DNA of 64,000 nucleotides from Methanolinea sp. (GCA_018263335.1 JADFCY010000002.1:36249-100248); one strand, 5' to 3'. Counted from the first letter of the stretch, positions 47,115 to 56,828 are shown. Program-made: numbers and translations. The notes: generated from the sequence alone by a model not told the origin.

Positions 47115-48763
47115 GCAAGCGCCTCCCTGACGCGCACTTCCAGTTCCTCGACTGTAAAAGGCCTTCCATCGTACCGGCGGATATGCAAATTTGGCCTGAT
47201 GCCATGCCGCGCGAGGAGCATCGCAAGCTGCCCCTCGGCATTCTCCTCTACCACAATCTGCCTTTTTATCCCCTGTAATGCATCCTGCAGAAGTTGTGTT
47301 GGGAGGGGGGAGAGCACGACGGGCTGCACCACCCTGAGTCCCATGGACCCTGCAGCCTCCCGGCATACGCCGATGGGAGAGCCCCAGCAGATCAGTGCCA
47401 CGTCCGAACCCGTATCGCCGCCGACCACCACAGGGTTGAGCGAGAAGACCTCGCTGGCAAGCGCGGCCGCTTTCTTCAGCCTCTTTTCGCTCATCAGGGC
47501 AGCGATCTCTGAATTCTCCGTAGAGATCCCTGCCTGGTCGTGGGTATACCCGTTGACCTTGATCACCGTATCCGTACAGGGGGGAGAGAGCAAGGGAGAC
47601 ACCCCGTTTTCGCTGAACAGATACCTGGAATACCCAGGGCCGGGGCTTGCCTTCGTGGGCTGGTCAATCCGGGGAATCGTCGCATCCGGCCGGCTGAAAC
47701 TGTAGAACCCCTCGCAGAGCGTCTTGTCACAGAGGATCACGCCCGGGACCTGGTATTTCCAGGAGAGGCGGAGTGCAAGGTCTGACCAGGTATAGGCCTG
47801 CTCTGCATCTCCGGGGGCCACCACAAGGCGGGGAAATTCCCCCTGGCCTGCATGAAGCGCGAAGTGAAGGTCGGACTGTGCGGTGTAGGTCGGCATCCCG
47901 GTACTCGGGCCCGCCCTCTGCCCAAGGACCACGACGACCGGGACCTCGCTCATCCCTGAGAGGGAGAACCCCTCCGTCATCAGGCAGAAGCCGCCGCCCG
48001 ATGTCCCTACCGCAGCCTTCTTCCCGGCGTACCCGAGACCGAGCGCCATCATGATCACCGCGATCTCATTCTCTGGGTGAAAGACGAGGAGATCGTGCGT
48101 CTCCGCGACCTCGGCCATGAAATGGAGGATGTTTGAGGTGGGGGTCATCGGGTAGGCGACATATGCATCGAGGCCGCCGCGGATGAGGCCAAGGCCGATT
48201 GCCTCGTTCCCCGAGATAACCGGTACCGGGGACGATCCAAGCGACCCTATCCTGCAGCACTCGCTGGCCGCCTCATATCCCCGGCGCGCAACCTTGAGGT
48301 TCAATGACAGCGCCTTTGGGACCTGGCGGACAAATACCTCCTCGAGTACCTTCCACTCTATTCCAGCCGCCTTTGCAAACGCCCCGATGATGCACGAGTT
48401 TCCCATGACCGGCGGGGCCTCCTCCTCTTTTAAGATTTGCGGGAGATTGATTCCTATCCCCTCTGCCCTGACCCTCGATCGGTCGTAAAGGACCATTGTC
48501 CTGCCGTGAACCATGTCACCATGGAAGTCGACGGTATCCTGGTTCAGTGCGAGGATGAAGTCAACCTGTGACCGGTGAGCCCCGATCCTCTCCCTTGCAG
48601 CCCGCACAATGGCAAAATTGTGCCCCCCCTTGATGAGGGACGGGTAATCGAAATACATGTAGACGCGGTATCCCATCCTGTTGAAGAGATGGGCAACCAC
48701 CATGCCGGCACTGTTTATCCCGTCACCGGCCTTTCCCCCGATCAGAACAGATGATTCATCCAT
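47111..48763 (-). CDS. 2-oxoacid:ferredoxin oxidoreductase, alpha subunit (fused gamma-alpha type)
   Basis: N-terminal gamma-like domain (VLIGGKAGDGINSAG), then the alpha domain (ISGNEAIGLGLIRGGLDAYVAYPMTP). ATG at 48763; GTG at 48790 is the alternative. Confidence 0.9.
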   Translation of the reverse strand: MDESSVLIGGKAGDGINSAGMVVAHLFNRMGYRVYMYFDYPSLIKGGHNFAIVRAARERIGAHRSQVDFILALNQDTVDFHGDMVHGRTMVLYDRSRVRAEGIGINLPQILKEEEAPPVMGNSCIIGAFAKAAGIEWKVLEEVFVRQVPKALSLNLKVARRGYEAASECCRIGSLGSSPVPVISGNEAIGLGLIRGGLDAYVAYPMTPTSNILHFMAEVAETHDLLVFHPENEIAVIMMALGLGYAGKKAAVGTSGGGFCLMTEGFSLSGMSEVPVVVVLGQRAGPSTGMPTYTAQSDLHFALHAGQGEFPRLVVAPGDAEQAYTWSDLALRLSWKYQVPGVILCDKTLCEGFYSFSRPDATIPRIDQPTKASPGPGYSRYLFSENGVSPLLSPPCTDTVIKVNGYTHDQAGISTENSEIAALMSEKRLKKAAALASEVFSLNPVVVGGDTGSDVALICWGSPIGVCREAAGSMGLRVVQPVVLSPLPTQLLQDALQGIKRQIVVEENAEGQLAMLLARHGIRPNLHIRRYDGRPFTVEELEVRVREALA

Positions 48764-48915
48764 GAACGTGAAGCGCACCCCGAACAACACTCTCTTTTCA
48801 GGGAGAGATATAGGTTCTTCCCAAAAGAATCACACAATTCCCCGTCAAGAGACAGGGATACCACACGAAAACCGACAGCGCGATTTTTTTCTCCGAAAAA
48901 GAAAGGACGAGGAGC

Positions 48916-49194
48916 TTATTTCTTCCCAAGGGACCGTATACGGGCTGCCTCCGAAGGATTCTCTGTCTGGAGAAGAAACGTCCCATAGCATGGTTTCGTA
49001 TACGGGAAAGTGATCAAGTCCCCGTCAAGCCCGATCAGGATCGGAGGGATCCCAATGATCGGCTTCTCGAAGATCTTGAACCCGGGATCGACGGTCACCT
49101 GTTCCCTGCAGTGTGCTGTTACGTACCTTCTGCATTCCGCAAAGGATGCCCCCTGAAGTACAACCTCGTACTTCAGAGATTCGATACAACCCAA
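48916..49194 (-). CDS. small conserved methanogen-type protein (DUF1894-like, from memory)
   Basis: The last 92 codons of ORF 48916..49605 read like real protein (GCIESLKYEVVLQGASFAECRRY...IIGIPPILIGLDGDLITFPYTKPCYGTF). The TTG at 49194 is the only start in that stretch. The upstream part of the ORF is Arg/Pro-rich shadow sequence. Confidence 0.5.
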   Translation of the reverse strand: MGCIESLKYEVVLQGASFAECRRYVTAHCREQVTVDPGFKIFEKPIIGIPPILIGLDGDLITFPYTKPCYGTFLLQTENPSEAARIRSLGKK

Positions 49195-49652
49195 TGGATC
49201 ACCTCGTCTATCTTCTTCTTCAGCGGCATGGGGTTGTGGACCGCTTTGGCTGCGATCTTCTCGCAAGGGAAGTCGATGGTCTCGCTCATCTCCCTGAAGT
49301 GCTCCCCATACACGATGGCGACCACCCTCTTCCCGGTGATCGACTGGACAGTGGCAGCATACGAGATACCGGCATCGTTGTGCACGAAGACCATGTAATA
49401 CGAATACCCCCGCTTTCCCTCTGCCAGGTCCGCGATGCAGGTGTCGAGGTCCACCATCTGCCCCGCGTAATGGTGAAGTGGGTCCGAGACCTCGATCTGC
49501 ATCCGCGCGGCCTGGTTGCCTGCAACTACAGGGGTGACGCCGAGCATTCGAAGCCTGTACATGAGGTACAGGGCAATGGCGGTCTGGACCGGGACCTGCG
49601 GGCATCCCAGGACCAGGAGCGCGTCCTTACTCTCATTTCCTGTAGCGATGAT
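49173..49652 (-). CDS. small conserved methanogen-type protein (DUF1890-like, from memory); the 5' end needs a non-canonical start
   Basis: The listed ORF 49173..49562 starts at an internal-looking Met. The frame is open upstream to 49664 and reads IIATGNESKDALLVLGCPQVPVQTAIALYL. A GGAGGGAT Shine-Dalgarno lies 3 nt before ATC-ATC (49652/49649). Confidence 0.45.
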   Translation of the reverse strand: MIATGNESKDALLVLGCPQVPVQTAIALYLMYRLRMLGVTPVVAGNQAARMQIEVSDPLHHYAGQMVDLDTCIADLAEGKRGYSYYMVFVHNDAGISYAATVQSITGKRVVAIVYGEHFREMSETIDFPCEKIAAKAVHNPMPLKKKIDEVIHWVVSNL

Positions 49653-49691
49653 GGAATCCCTCCCTCACGTACCAGATAATGCTCATCTTGC

Positions 49692-50459
49692 CTATTTCAC
49701 TTCCCCTTCTTTACTCCCATCCTTCGTGGAAAACTGCTCAAGGCCACTCACCCTCTCAGGGTGCGTGTAGACGGTGAACCGGTCGCCGCGGGAGAAACAT
49801 ATGAGGGTAATTCCAGCTTTCCTTGCGGTCTCTATGCCCTGCTCTGTCGACGCCGCACGGGATATTACCACTGGAACCCCGGCATGCGCAGCCTTCGTCA
49901 CCATGTCGCGCGGCTGCCGGCCAGTGCAACCCAGGATGCACCTTGACCTGTCTATTCCCCCGAGGACGGCATATCCCACCACCTTGTCGACAGTGCTGTG
50001 CCGGCCAAGGTCGCTGGCCTTCACCAGAAGCTTCCTCTCGTGGAAGAGGACAGAACAGTGGACACCGCCGGTCCGCCGCCATGTCTCTGTCTCTATCTCG
50101 CCCGTGATACGGTACACGTCATCGGTGGTAAGGGAAAGAGACGATGTGACAGGAAGAAATGGCCTCCTCACCCCTATCGCGCCGGTAGAGATGATCTCCC
50201 GGAGCAGATCACCCGTGATGGGGGCATTGATGTGGATCTCTCCTCCCGTCACCGTCACACTGTCAACCCTGCCGGAGATTCCCTGGCACGTCACAAACCC
50301 CGCGCCGAGTTCCTCGAGCTGGTCGTTGCTTGCCACTATCCCTGTAAAATACGTCCCGTTCAGGTAAAGGGAGAAACGGCTCTCTCGGACCACAGTGTCA
50401 TGGATTGCCCGGGGTTGTCCATTCCTGACCTGGATGCCTTGCATGGTGACCGTGTTCAT
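49692..50459 (-). CDS. fdhD: formate dehydrogenase accessory sulfurtransferase FdhD
   Basis: 255 aa. Motifs GGVHCSVLF, AASTEQGIE and the C-terminal GDRFTVYT. Confidence 0.9.
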   Translation of the reverse strand: MNTVTMQGIQVRNGQPRAIHDTVVRESRFSLYLNGTYFTGIVASNDQLEELGAGFVTCQGISGRVDSVTVTGGEIHINAPITGDLLREIISTGAIGVRRPFLPVTSSLSLTTDDVYRITGEIETETWRRTGGVHCSVLFHERKLLVKASDLGRHSTVDKVVGYAVLGGIDRSRCILGCTGRQPRDMVTKAAHAGVPVVISRAASTEQGIETARKAGITLICFSRGDRFTVYTHPERVSGLEQFSTKDGSKEGEVK

Positions 50460-50785
50460 GAAAGGGTCTCCTCTTTCACCCAGGCAAGGTAGGGGGGATA
50501 ACCGGAGATGACGGGGAGCACTATCATCTCCGGGAGTTGATAGGAGTGCACGTCCCTGATAGCCGCCAGGGCCTCCCGGACTTTCTCATCCGTCGTCTTG
50601 ATCACAAGGAGGGCTTCAGGTTCTTCACAATACCTGCCCTCCCAGCGGTAACATGAACTGATCTCAGTGATGTTCACGCAGGCAGCGAGCCTCTTCTCCA
50701 CCAGGTGGCGGGCGATCCCGGGCCCTTCCTCTCGACTTGCAGTGACGAGGATGACCCGCACACAAGGCGCCTCCTCTCCATCCAT
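50456..50785 (-). CDS. cutA: divalent-cation tolerance protein CutA
   Basis: The ATG at 50785 is preceded by AGGAGGA. The protein reads VILVTASREEGPGIARHLVEKRLAACVN...YRWEG. Its stop overlaps the fdhD start (ATGA). Confidence 0.85.
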   Translation of the reverse strand: MDGEEAPCVRVILVTASREEGPGIARHLVEKRLAACVNITEISSCYRWEGRYCEEPEALLVIKTTDEKVREALAAIRDVHSYQLPEMIVLPVISGYPPYLAWVKEETLS

Positions 50786-50996
50786 TTGAAGAATCCTCCT
50801 TTTTTTTTGTCCCTGCACATCCCCCACAGCCGCGGAGAGGTGCGCATGCACTTAGTTTCCCTGGCGCGAAATATAAGTGCATTGTTCCAATACACCCAAT
50901 AAATGGCATTTTTACGGATCTGGCAGCATCGGTGGCTCTTTTGGATGGGGCCCCGGGGTGATCCTTAATGAATGAGCAGCCCCTATACTCCTCCAC

Positions 50997-52145
50997 ATGT
51001 ACGCGGAACGAATGGGGATGCTCCCCCCCTACCTGTTCGCCAGGATCGACGAGATGAAGGCAGCGAAGATCCGGGCCGGGGTCGATGTCATCGACCTGGG
51101 GGTGGGCGACCCGGATCTCCCCACCCCCTCCTTCGTGGTGGAGGAACTCTGCCGGGCGGCAAGAGATCCCGCCCACCACCATTACCCTTCCTACGCAGGG
51201 ATGCCTGATTACCGGGAGGCCGTTGCAGGGTGGTACCGCCGCCGTTTCGGCGTGGACCTTGACCCTGCCACAGAGGTGCTGGCGTTGATGGGCTCAAAGG
51301 ACGGGATTGCCCATGCACCCGAGGCGTTTGTGAATCCCGGGGACTATGTCCTTGTGCCGAGCCCTGGGTATCCCGTATACCGGACTTCCACACTCTTTGC
51401 CGAGGGACGTGTCTACGAGATGCCACTCCTCGCCGAGAACCACTTCATCCCTGCACTCGAAGATATCCCGAAGAAGGTTGCCGGCAGCGCGGCGCTGATG
51501 TTCCTCAACTACCCAAACAACCCCACATCCGCGGTTACCCTCCCGGGATTCTTCGAGAGCGCGGTTGAATTTGCCCGTGAACACGGGATCATCATCATCC
51601 ACGATAACGCCTATTCGGAGATCTCTTACGATGGCTACCGTGCCCCCTCGTTCCTCGAGACGGAAGGCGCACGCGAGGTTGCCATCGAGATGCACTCCCT
51701 CTCGAAGACCTACAACATGACAGGGTGGAGGATCGGCATGGCGGTCGGGAACAGAGAGATCCTGGCAGGGCTTGGAAGGGTGAAGACAAACGTGGACTCG
51801 GGTGTCTTTGATGCGGTCCAGAGGGCGGCGATTGCGGCCCTTTCAGGCCCGGACGACTGTGTCAGGGATGCCTGCCGCATTTACCAGGAGAGGCGCGATC
51901 TGCTGGTCGGCGGGCTTCGGGAACTTGGATTCGCCGTAGAGGCCCCCCGTGCAACCTTCTATGTCTGGATGGCTGTTGATGACTGCATGGCTTTTGCCAC
52001 CCGGATGCTCGATGAGGCCGGGATCGTGGTCACCCCGGGCATCGGTTTTGGGTCAGGAGGCGATGGTTATGTCCGGTTCGCCCTCACCCGCTCCACCGAA
52101 CGCATCAGGCAGGCCCTCGAACGGATGGAGGCGATGGGCCTGTGA
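50997..52145 (+). CDS. dapL: LL-diaminopimelate aminotransferase (class I aminotransferase, DapL type)
   Basis: 382 aa. Motifs LPPYLFARIDE, DLGVGDPDLPTP, NYPNNPT and the PLP lysine in SLSKTYNMTGWRIG. Translationally coupled to lysA. Confidence 0.82.
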   Translation: MYAERMGMLPPYLFARIDEMKAAKIRAGVDVIDLGVGDPDLPTPSFVVEELCRAARDPAHHHYPSYAGMPDYREAVAGWYRRRFGVDLDPATEVLALMGSKDGIAHAPEAFVNPGDYVLVPSPGYPVYRTSTLFAEGRVYEMPLLAENHFIPALEDIPKKVAGSAALMFLNYPNNPTSAVTLPGFFESAVEFAREHGIIIIHDNAYSEISYDGYRAPSFLETEGAREVAIEMHSLSKTYNMTGWRIGMAVGNREILAGLGRVKTNVDSGVFDAVQRAAIAALSGPDDCVRDACRIYQERRDLLVGGLRELGFAVEAPRATFYVWMAVDDCMAFATRMLDEAGIVVTPGIGFGSGGDGYVRFALTRSTERIRQALERMEAMGL

Positions 52146-53434
52146 TACTTCCCCCACACCTGGGAATCAGGGACGGCCTCCTCACTATCGGCGGTCTCGA
52201 CTGCGTCTCACTCGCTGACAGGTTCGGAACCCCTCTCTACGTGACGGATCAGGATCGCATCGTTGACTTGTTCCACGCATACAAGGCAGCACTCACCTCG
52301 CGCTATACCCGTGTCAAGGTGCTCTACGCCGCGAAGGCAAACGGGAACCTCGCAATCCTGACCGCGCTGAGCCGTGAGGGTGCAGGGGCCGATGTCTTCT
52401 CATCCGGCGAACTGAGCCTTGCACTCGCTGCCGGGATCTCCCCTGACCGGCTCCTCTTCAACGGGAGTTCAAAGAGCAGGGCTGACCTCGCGCTTGCCGT
52501 GGAGAAGGATGTCCCGGTCTCAGTGGACTCCCTCGATGAACTCTTCCAGCTGGACGAAGTTGCAGGAAGACTTGGGAAGACCGCGAGGATTGCGTTTCGC
52601 GTCAATCCAGCACTCGATGTTCCCACCCACCCGAAGATCGCCACGGGGCTTGCCACCAGCAAGTTTGGAATAGCCCACCACCTCATCCCTGGAGCCTACA
52701 GGGAAGCACTTGGGTGCACGCACATCCGGCCATGCGGCATCCACTGTCACATCGGCTCCCAGATACTTGACCTTGAACCGTTCCGGAAGGCCACAGAGGT
52801 GATGATGCGCATCGCCGCGGATCTTGTGGCGATGGGGATCGATCTCGAGTTCATCGACCTTGGCGGGGGGCTCGGCATTCCCTACCGGCACGGGACCGAG
52901 ACTGCACCCACCCCTGAAGAATACGCTGCAGTGGTGGTACCGGTGTTCACACAGGCAGTAGAGGCGCTCGGCATCACTCCAGAGCTCTGGATCGAACCCG
53001 GGCGATCACTGGTTGCAGACTCCACTGTGCTCCTCACACGGGTGAACTCGGTCAAAAAAGCTCACAAAAATTTCGTGAACGTGGACGCCGGCTTTAACCT
53101 CCTCGTTCGCCCGGCGATGTATGACTCTTACCACGAAGTCGTCGCAGCCCGTGGCGCAGACCGCGTCCCCGAAGAGACCTATACCATCACCGGGCCCATA
53201 TGCGAGTCAGGCGATATCCTCGCATCCGACCGGCGTCTCCCCGTGATCAGGGCGGGAGATCTCATCGCGGTACTTGACACGGGTGCATATGGGTTTGCCA
53301 TGTCATCCCAGTACAACAGCAGGCCCCGGTGCGCGGAGGTCATCATCCACCGTGGGACGCCGGCGCTGATGCGCCGCGCCGAGACAATCGAGGACATCAC
53401 TGGTACCATGCGGTCGCCCCCATGGCAGTCCTGA
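52142..53434 (+). CDS. lysA: diaminopimelate decarboxylase
   Basis: 430 aa. GTG start overlapping the dapL stop. Motifs YAAKANGN (PLP lysine), HCHIGSQ, EPGRSLV, GPICESGD. Confidence 0.93.
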   Translation: MILPPHLGIRDGLLTIGGLDCVSLADRFGTPLYVTDQDRIVDLFHAYKAALTSRYTRVKVLYAAKANGNLAILTALSREGAGADVFSSGELSLALAAGISPDRLLFNGSSKSRADLALAVEKDVPVSVDSLDELFQLDEVAGRLGKTARIAFRVNPALDVPTHPKIATGLATSKFGIAHHLIPGAYREALGCTHIRPCGIHCHIGSQILDLEPFRKATEVMMRIAADLVAMGIDLEFIDLGGGLGIPYRHGTETAPTPEEYAAVVVPVFTQAVEALGITPELWIEPGRSLVADSTVLLTRVNSVKKAHKNFVNVDAGFNLLVRPAMYDSYHEVVAARGADRVPEETYTITGPICESGDILASDRRLPVIRAGDLIAVLDTGAYGFAMSSQYNSRPRCAEVIIHRGTPALMRRAETIEDITGTMRSPPWQS

Positions 53435-53449
53435 AGGAGAGGACGCCGG

Positions 53450-54787
53450 GTGCAGTTCCACTACGCCCTTGTCGATGACCTCTTCTCGAGGGAAGAGTTC
53501 GAGCGGCGGGTGGAGGAGAAGATGGAGTCCTGCGGGGACCTTGTCGACGAAGTGACGGCAGCAATGATGGTGGTGCAGGACTGCGGGCGCCACCATGTGA
53601 AGATCAAGGACCTCTCGGGCCGCTCAAGCCTCTTCTCTTTTTTTGGCAAAGTCGTCGCCAAGAACCCCCCCCGCGAATTTGAGCGCCCCGGGGGGGAGAA
53701 GGGCCTTGTCACGAGCCTTATCCTCGGCGACGAGACCGGTCAGGTGAGGGCAATTCTCTGGGACGAGAAGGCCATGGCAGCGCAGGAGATCGAAGTCGGA
53801 GAGGTTCTCGAGGTGATAGGGCGCCATCCCAACCGGACCCCGACGGAGATCACTGTCATGGCCATGCGTCAGGCAATGGTGGAGATTGTCGGACCCACCC
53901 AGGTCGAACCGTCCCTTGCGCCCCCAAAGAGGAGGGATTTGACGGTTAAGGTGATGGCGATCGGAGAGCCCCGGATGGTGCCCAGGCGGGACGGGACAGA
54001 GACCGAGGTGCAGGCCCTCATCGTGGGGAACAACGAAGGTCTCTTCCGAATGTCGTGCTGGGTGCCGGATCTCATCGAGGGAATCAGCGAGGGAGCATCC
54101 CTGCACATTCAGGGAGCGCTCGAGAAGGTGCGAAAATATGGCAGAGAGTTCAGTATCGATGAACGCAGCACCATCGGGGAAGCACCAGTGGATATCCCCG
54201 TGGAGATCCATTCGATCCAGGAGGTGGAGGAGGGCGGTTCATTCTCTGTCTGCGGTTCCGTGCTATCCTGCAAACCGGCCCGGACGTTTTCGACGAAGGA
54301 AGGCAGGGTCTCCTGCGTCCGCAACCTCTTCCTGACAGATGGAACGCACCAGATCGGGGTCGTCCTCTGGGGAGAGGACCATGCCCGGGCCGAGATCATG
54401 CCAGGAGACAGGGTGTCCCTTTATCTCTGTTCTGCCCGGAAGGGGAGATCTGGCAACCTTGAACTGCATGCGGGGAGAGGCAGCATGGTAAAGGTGCACC
54501 AGCTGGACGAGGCAGTGGAAGAAGAGATCACCGGAACCGTGATTGCCACGTCGGACGGCACCTTTTTGGACACAGGAGAGGATCAGTTCCTGGTACGCGG
54601 CAACCTTCCCCACGGACACGAGGTCAGGGCCAGGGTGACACGGCGGGGAAAGCGGATCTCCATCCACTCGTTCGAAGAGACCCTTCCTGACATGGCGGAA
54701 CTGAATGCAAGGATAGACGCGTTCCTTGAGATGACTGGCAGCGGGAATACTTTCACCCCGCACGGCCGCCAAGATATAAGCAAGTGA
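53450..54787 (+). CDS. replication protein A-like single-stranded DNA-binding protein (multiple OB folds)
   Basis: 445 aa. N-terminal helical domain (FEERVEEKMESCGDLVDEVTAAMMV), then repeated OB-like units (GEVLEVIG.., GASLHIQGA.., GDRVSLY..). Lies directly upstream of radA. Confidence 0.78.
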   Translation: MQFHYALVDDLFSREEFERRVEEKMESCGDLVDEVTAAMMVVQDCGRHHVKIKDLSGRSSLFSFFGKVVAKNPPREFERPGGEKGLVTSLILGDETGQVRAILWDEKAMAAQEIEVGEVLEVIGRHPNRTPTEITVMAMRQAMVEIVGPTQVEPSLAPPKRRDLTVKVMAIGEPRMVPRRDGTETEVQALIVGNNEGLFRMSCWVPDLIEGISEGASLHIQGALEKVRKYGREFSIDERSTIGEAPVDIPVEIHSIQEVEEGGSFSVCGSVLSCKPARTFSTKEGRVSCVRNLFLTDGTHQIGVVLWGEDHARAEIMPGDRVSLYLCSARKGRSGNLELHAGRGSMVKVHQLDEAVEEEITGTVIATSDGTFLDTGEDQFLVRGNLPHGHEVRARVTRRGKRISIHSFEETLPDMAELNARIDAFLEMTGSGNTFTPHGRQDISK

Positions 54788-54820
54788 GTGTACTCTCTCT
54801 CCACGACAGGTGAACAACAG

Positions 54821-55792
54821 ATGAGTAACGGACCCATTGAACTTGAAGACCTGCCCGGCGTGGGACCCACCACGGCCGAGAAGCTCCGCGAGGCGGGGTT
54901 CCTGAGCGTGGAGAGCATTGCAACCGCTTCGTCCCAGGAACTGGCAGAGACTGCCGAGATTGCCGAGTCAACGGCGAAGAAGATGATCAAGGCCGCCCGG
55001 GAGATGGTGGATCTCGCAGGGTTCCGCACGGGCAAGGATGTCTTTGAGCAGAGAAAGGAGGTGCGGAAGTTGAGGACCCTCGTGCCCGAGCTCGATGCCC
55101 TCCTTGGCGGGGGACTCGAGACCCAGGCCATCACCGAGCTCTATGGCGAGTTCGGGTCTGGGAAGAGCCAGGTTGCCCACCAGGCCGCCGTCAACGTGCA
55201 GCTCCCCGAGGAGGAAGGCGGGCTCAATGGATCCGCCATCTTCATCGACACCGAGAACACCTTCCGCCCCGAACGTATCGAGCAGATGGTGATCGGCCTC
55301 GGGATCGACGCAGACCCACAGGAATTCCTGGAGCACATCCACGTGGCGAGGGCGCTCACCTCTGATCACCAGATGCTGATGGTCGAGAGCGCGAAGGAGA
55401 AGGCCCAGGAGCTGAAGAACTCTGACCGGCCGTTGCGCCTGATCATCGTGGACTCCCTGACTGCGCACTTCAGGGCCGAGTACGCAGGCCGCGGCACCCT
55501 TGCCGCCCGCCAGCAGAAACTGAACCGGCACCTGCACGACATCTTCAGGCTGGTCGATGAACACAACGCCGTGGGGCTGGTCACCAACCAGGTCCTCTCA
55601 AACCCCGCCGTCTTCTTCGGAGACCCTACCAAGCCCATCGGAGGCAATATCGTGGGCCACACCGCGACTTTCCGCATCTACCTGCGGAAGAGCAAGGGAG
55701 GGAAACGCATCGCCCGCCTTGTCGACAGCCCCAACCTCCCCGAGGGAGAGGCCGCATTCATGGTGGAAGAGGCCGGGCTCAAGCCCGTATAA
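54821..55792 (+). CDS. radA: DNA repair and recombination protein RadA
   Basis: ATG at 54821 after AGGTGA. HhH N-terminus ([20 protein letters not shown]), Walker [10 protein letters not shown], Walker B LIIVDSL. Confidence 0.95.
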   Translation: MSNGPIELEDLPGVGPTTAEKLREAGFLSVESIATASSQELAETAEIAESTAKKMIKAAREMVDLAGFRTGKDVFEQRKEVRKLRTLVPELDALLGGGLETQAITELYGEFGSGKSQVAHQAAVNVQLPEEEGGLNGSAIFIDTENTFRPERIEQMVIGLGIDADPQEFLEHIHVARALTSDHQMLMVESAKEKAQELKNSDRPLRLIIVDSLTAHFRAEYAGRGTLAARQQKLNRHLHDIFRLVDEHNAVGLVTNQVLSNPAVFFGDPTKPIGGNIVGHTATFRIYLRKSKGGKRIARLVDSPNLPEGEAAFMVEEAGLKPV

Positions 55793-56114
55793 TTCTCTTT
55801 CCACACTCTTTTTCCCTTGACCAATTCCTTCACCGGCCATAATGTGAGAACCAGTCTTTTCCTGTCCTGAAAATACGTCACTCATTCCACCATTCCGAAT
55901 ACTGCACTAAAAACCCCGGATGCGTTCCGCACCCCATTCAAAGCAATATGGCCGGGTCAGGGATGCAGGAACAGGTTCATCCCGCACCGGCTCACCCTCT
56001 CCACGGGCTATTCTGTACTGGGAGAGAGGATGCGAAGGGGATGATCAGCCCTCTTATTCTCAAATCCAAAGGCATAAGGATCCCTGGACGAGATTCCATA
56101 TCCGGAACAGCAGG

Positions 56115-56828
56115 ATGGACGAAACTTTTCGCCTCAAAGGTCTTATCACCGACATCGACGGCACCATCACTGACCCGAGACGGCGGATTGATACTGGCGC
56201 CATCGATCTCATTCGCGAGCTGATGGATGAGGGGATCCTCGTCGTTCTTGCGAGCGGAAACACCTCCTGTTTCATGGACGCTGTCTCAAAGATGATCGGC
56301 ACACCCGGGACTTATATCGGCGAGAACGGCGGGATTATCAGGAACGGCTACGCCCATGACATAGTCCTTCTCGGAGATGGTGCCGCGCCAAGGAACGCCC
56401 TCCAGACTCTTGTAGAGGCTTACCGGGCCCGGGGTATCGAGATCGAGCACTACAGCCTCCCTTACCGTTTCGTTGACGTGGCTTTCGCCCGGACAGTGCC
56501 CCCGGATGAAGTGCGGGAGATTGTGCGGAATCATCCCGTCGAGGTTCTTGATACCGGGTTTGCCATCCATATCCACCCACCCGGAGTCAACAAGGGGATT
56601 GCGTTTTCGCGGCTCGCAGGACTGATGGGCCTCGAAACCAGAGATTTCCTGGCAGTGGGGGATGCGGAGAACGACATCGAACTTCTTCGAAGGGCAGGTG
56701 TGGGGGTGGCGGTCGCGAATGCACACCCGAAGCTGGCCCGGACTGCTGACTTGATCACAACGGGGGGATATGGCGAGGGATTCGTGGAAGGCGTGAAAAA
56801 ATATTTGTCTTATTTCCTGGAGAGGTAG
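56115..56828 (+). CDS. phosphoglycolate phosphatase (archaeal Cof/HAD-IIB type)
   Basis: ATG at 56115 within ORF 55920..56828. Motifs ITDIDGTITD, LASGN and AVGDAENDIELL. Confidence 0.78.
   Translation: MDETFRLKGLITDIDGTITDPRRRIDTGAIDLIRELMDEGILVVLASGNTSCFMDAVSKMIGTPGTYIGENGGIIRNGYAHDIVLLGDGAAPRNALQTLVEAYRARGIEIEHYSLPYRFVDVAFARTVPPDEVREIVRNHPVEVLDTGFAIHIHPPGVNKGIAFSRLAGLMGLETRDFLAVGDAENDIELLRRAGVGVAVANAHPKLARTADLITTGGYGEGFVEGVKKYLSYFLER

Noticed and set aside
48916-49605. Reading 48916..49605 as one 229-aa gene, or as a gene frameshifted against 49173..49562.
   Set aside because: Only the last ~92 codons look like protein. A TTG at 49194 allows an independent overlapping gene, so a frameshift is not required at this junction. 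The unresolved start of the upstream gene is reported separately as a finding.
55793-56114. Search for C/D-box sRNA motifs (RUGAUGA...CUGA) after radA, and likewise in 63620..63819.
   Set aside because: Only partial matches (GATGATCA, CCTGATGGA), without correctly spaced C/D and C'/D' pairs or terminal stems.
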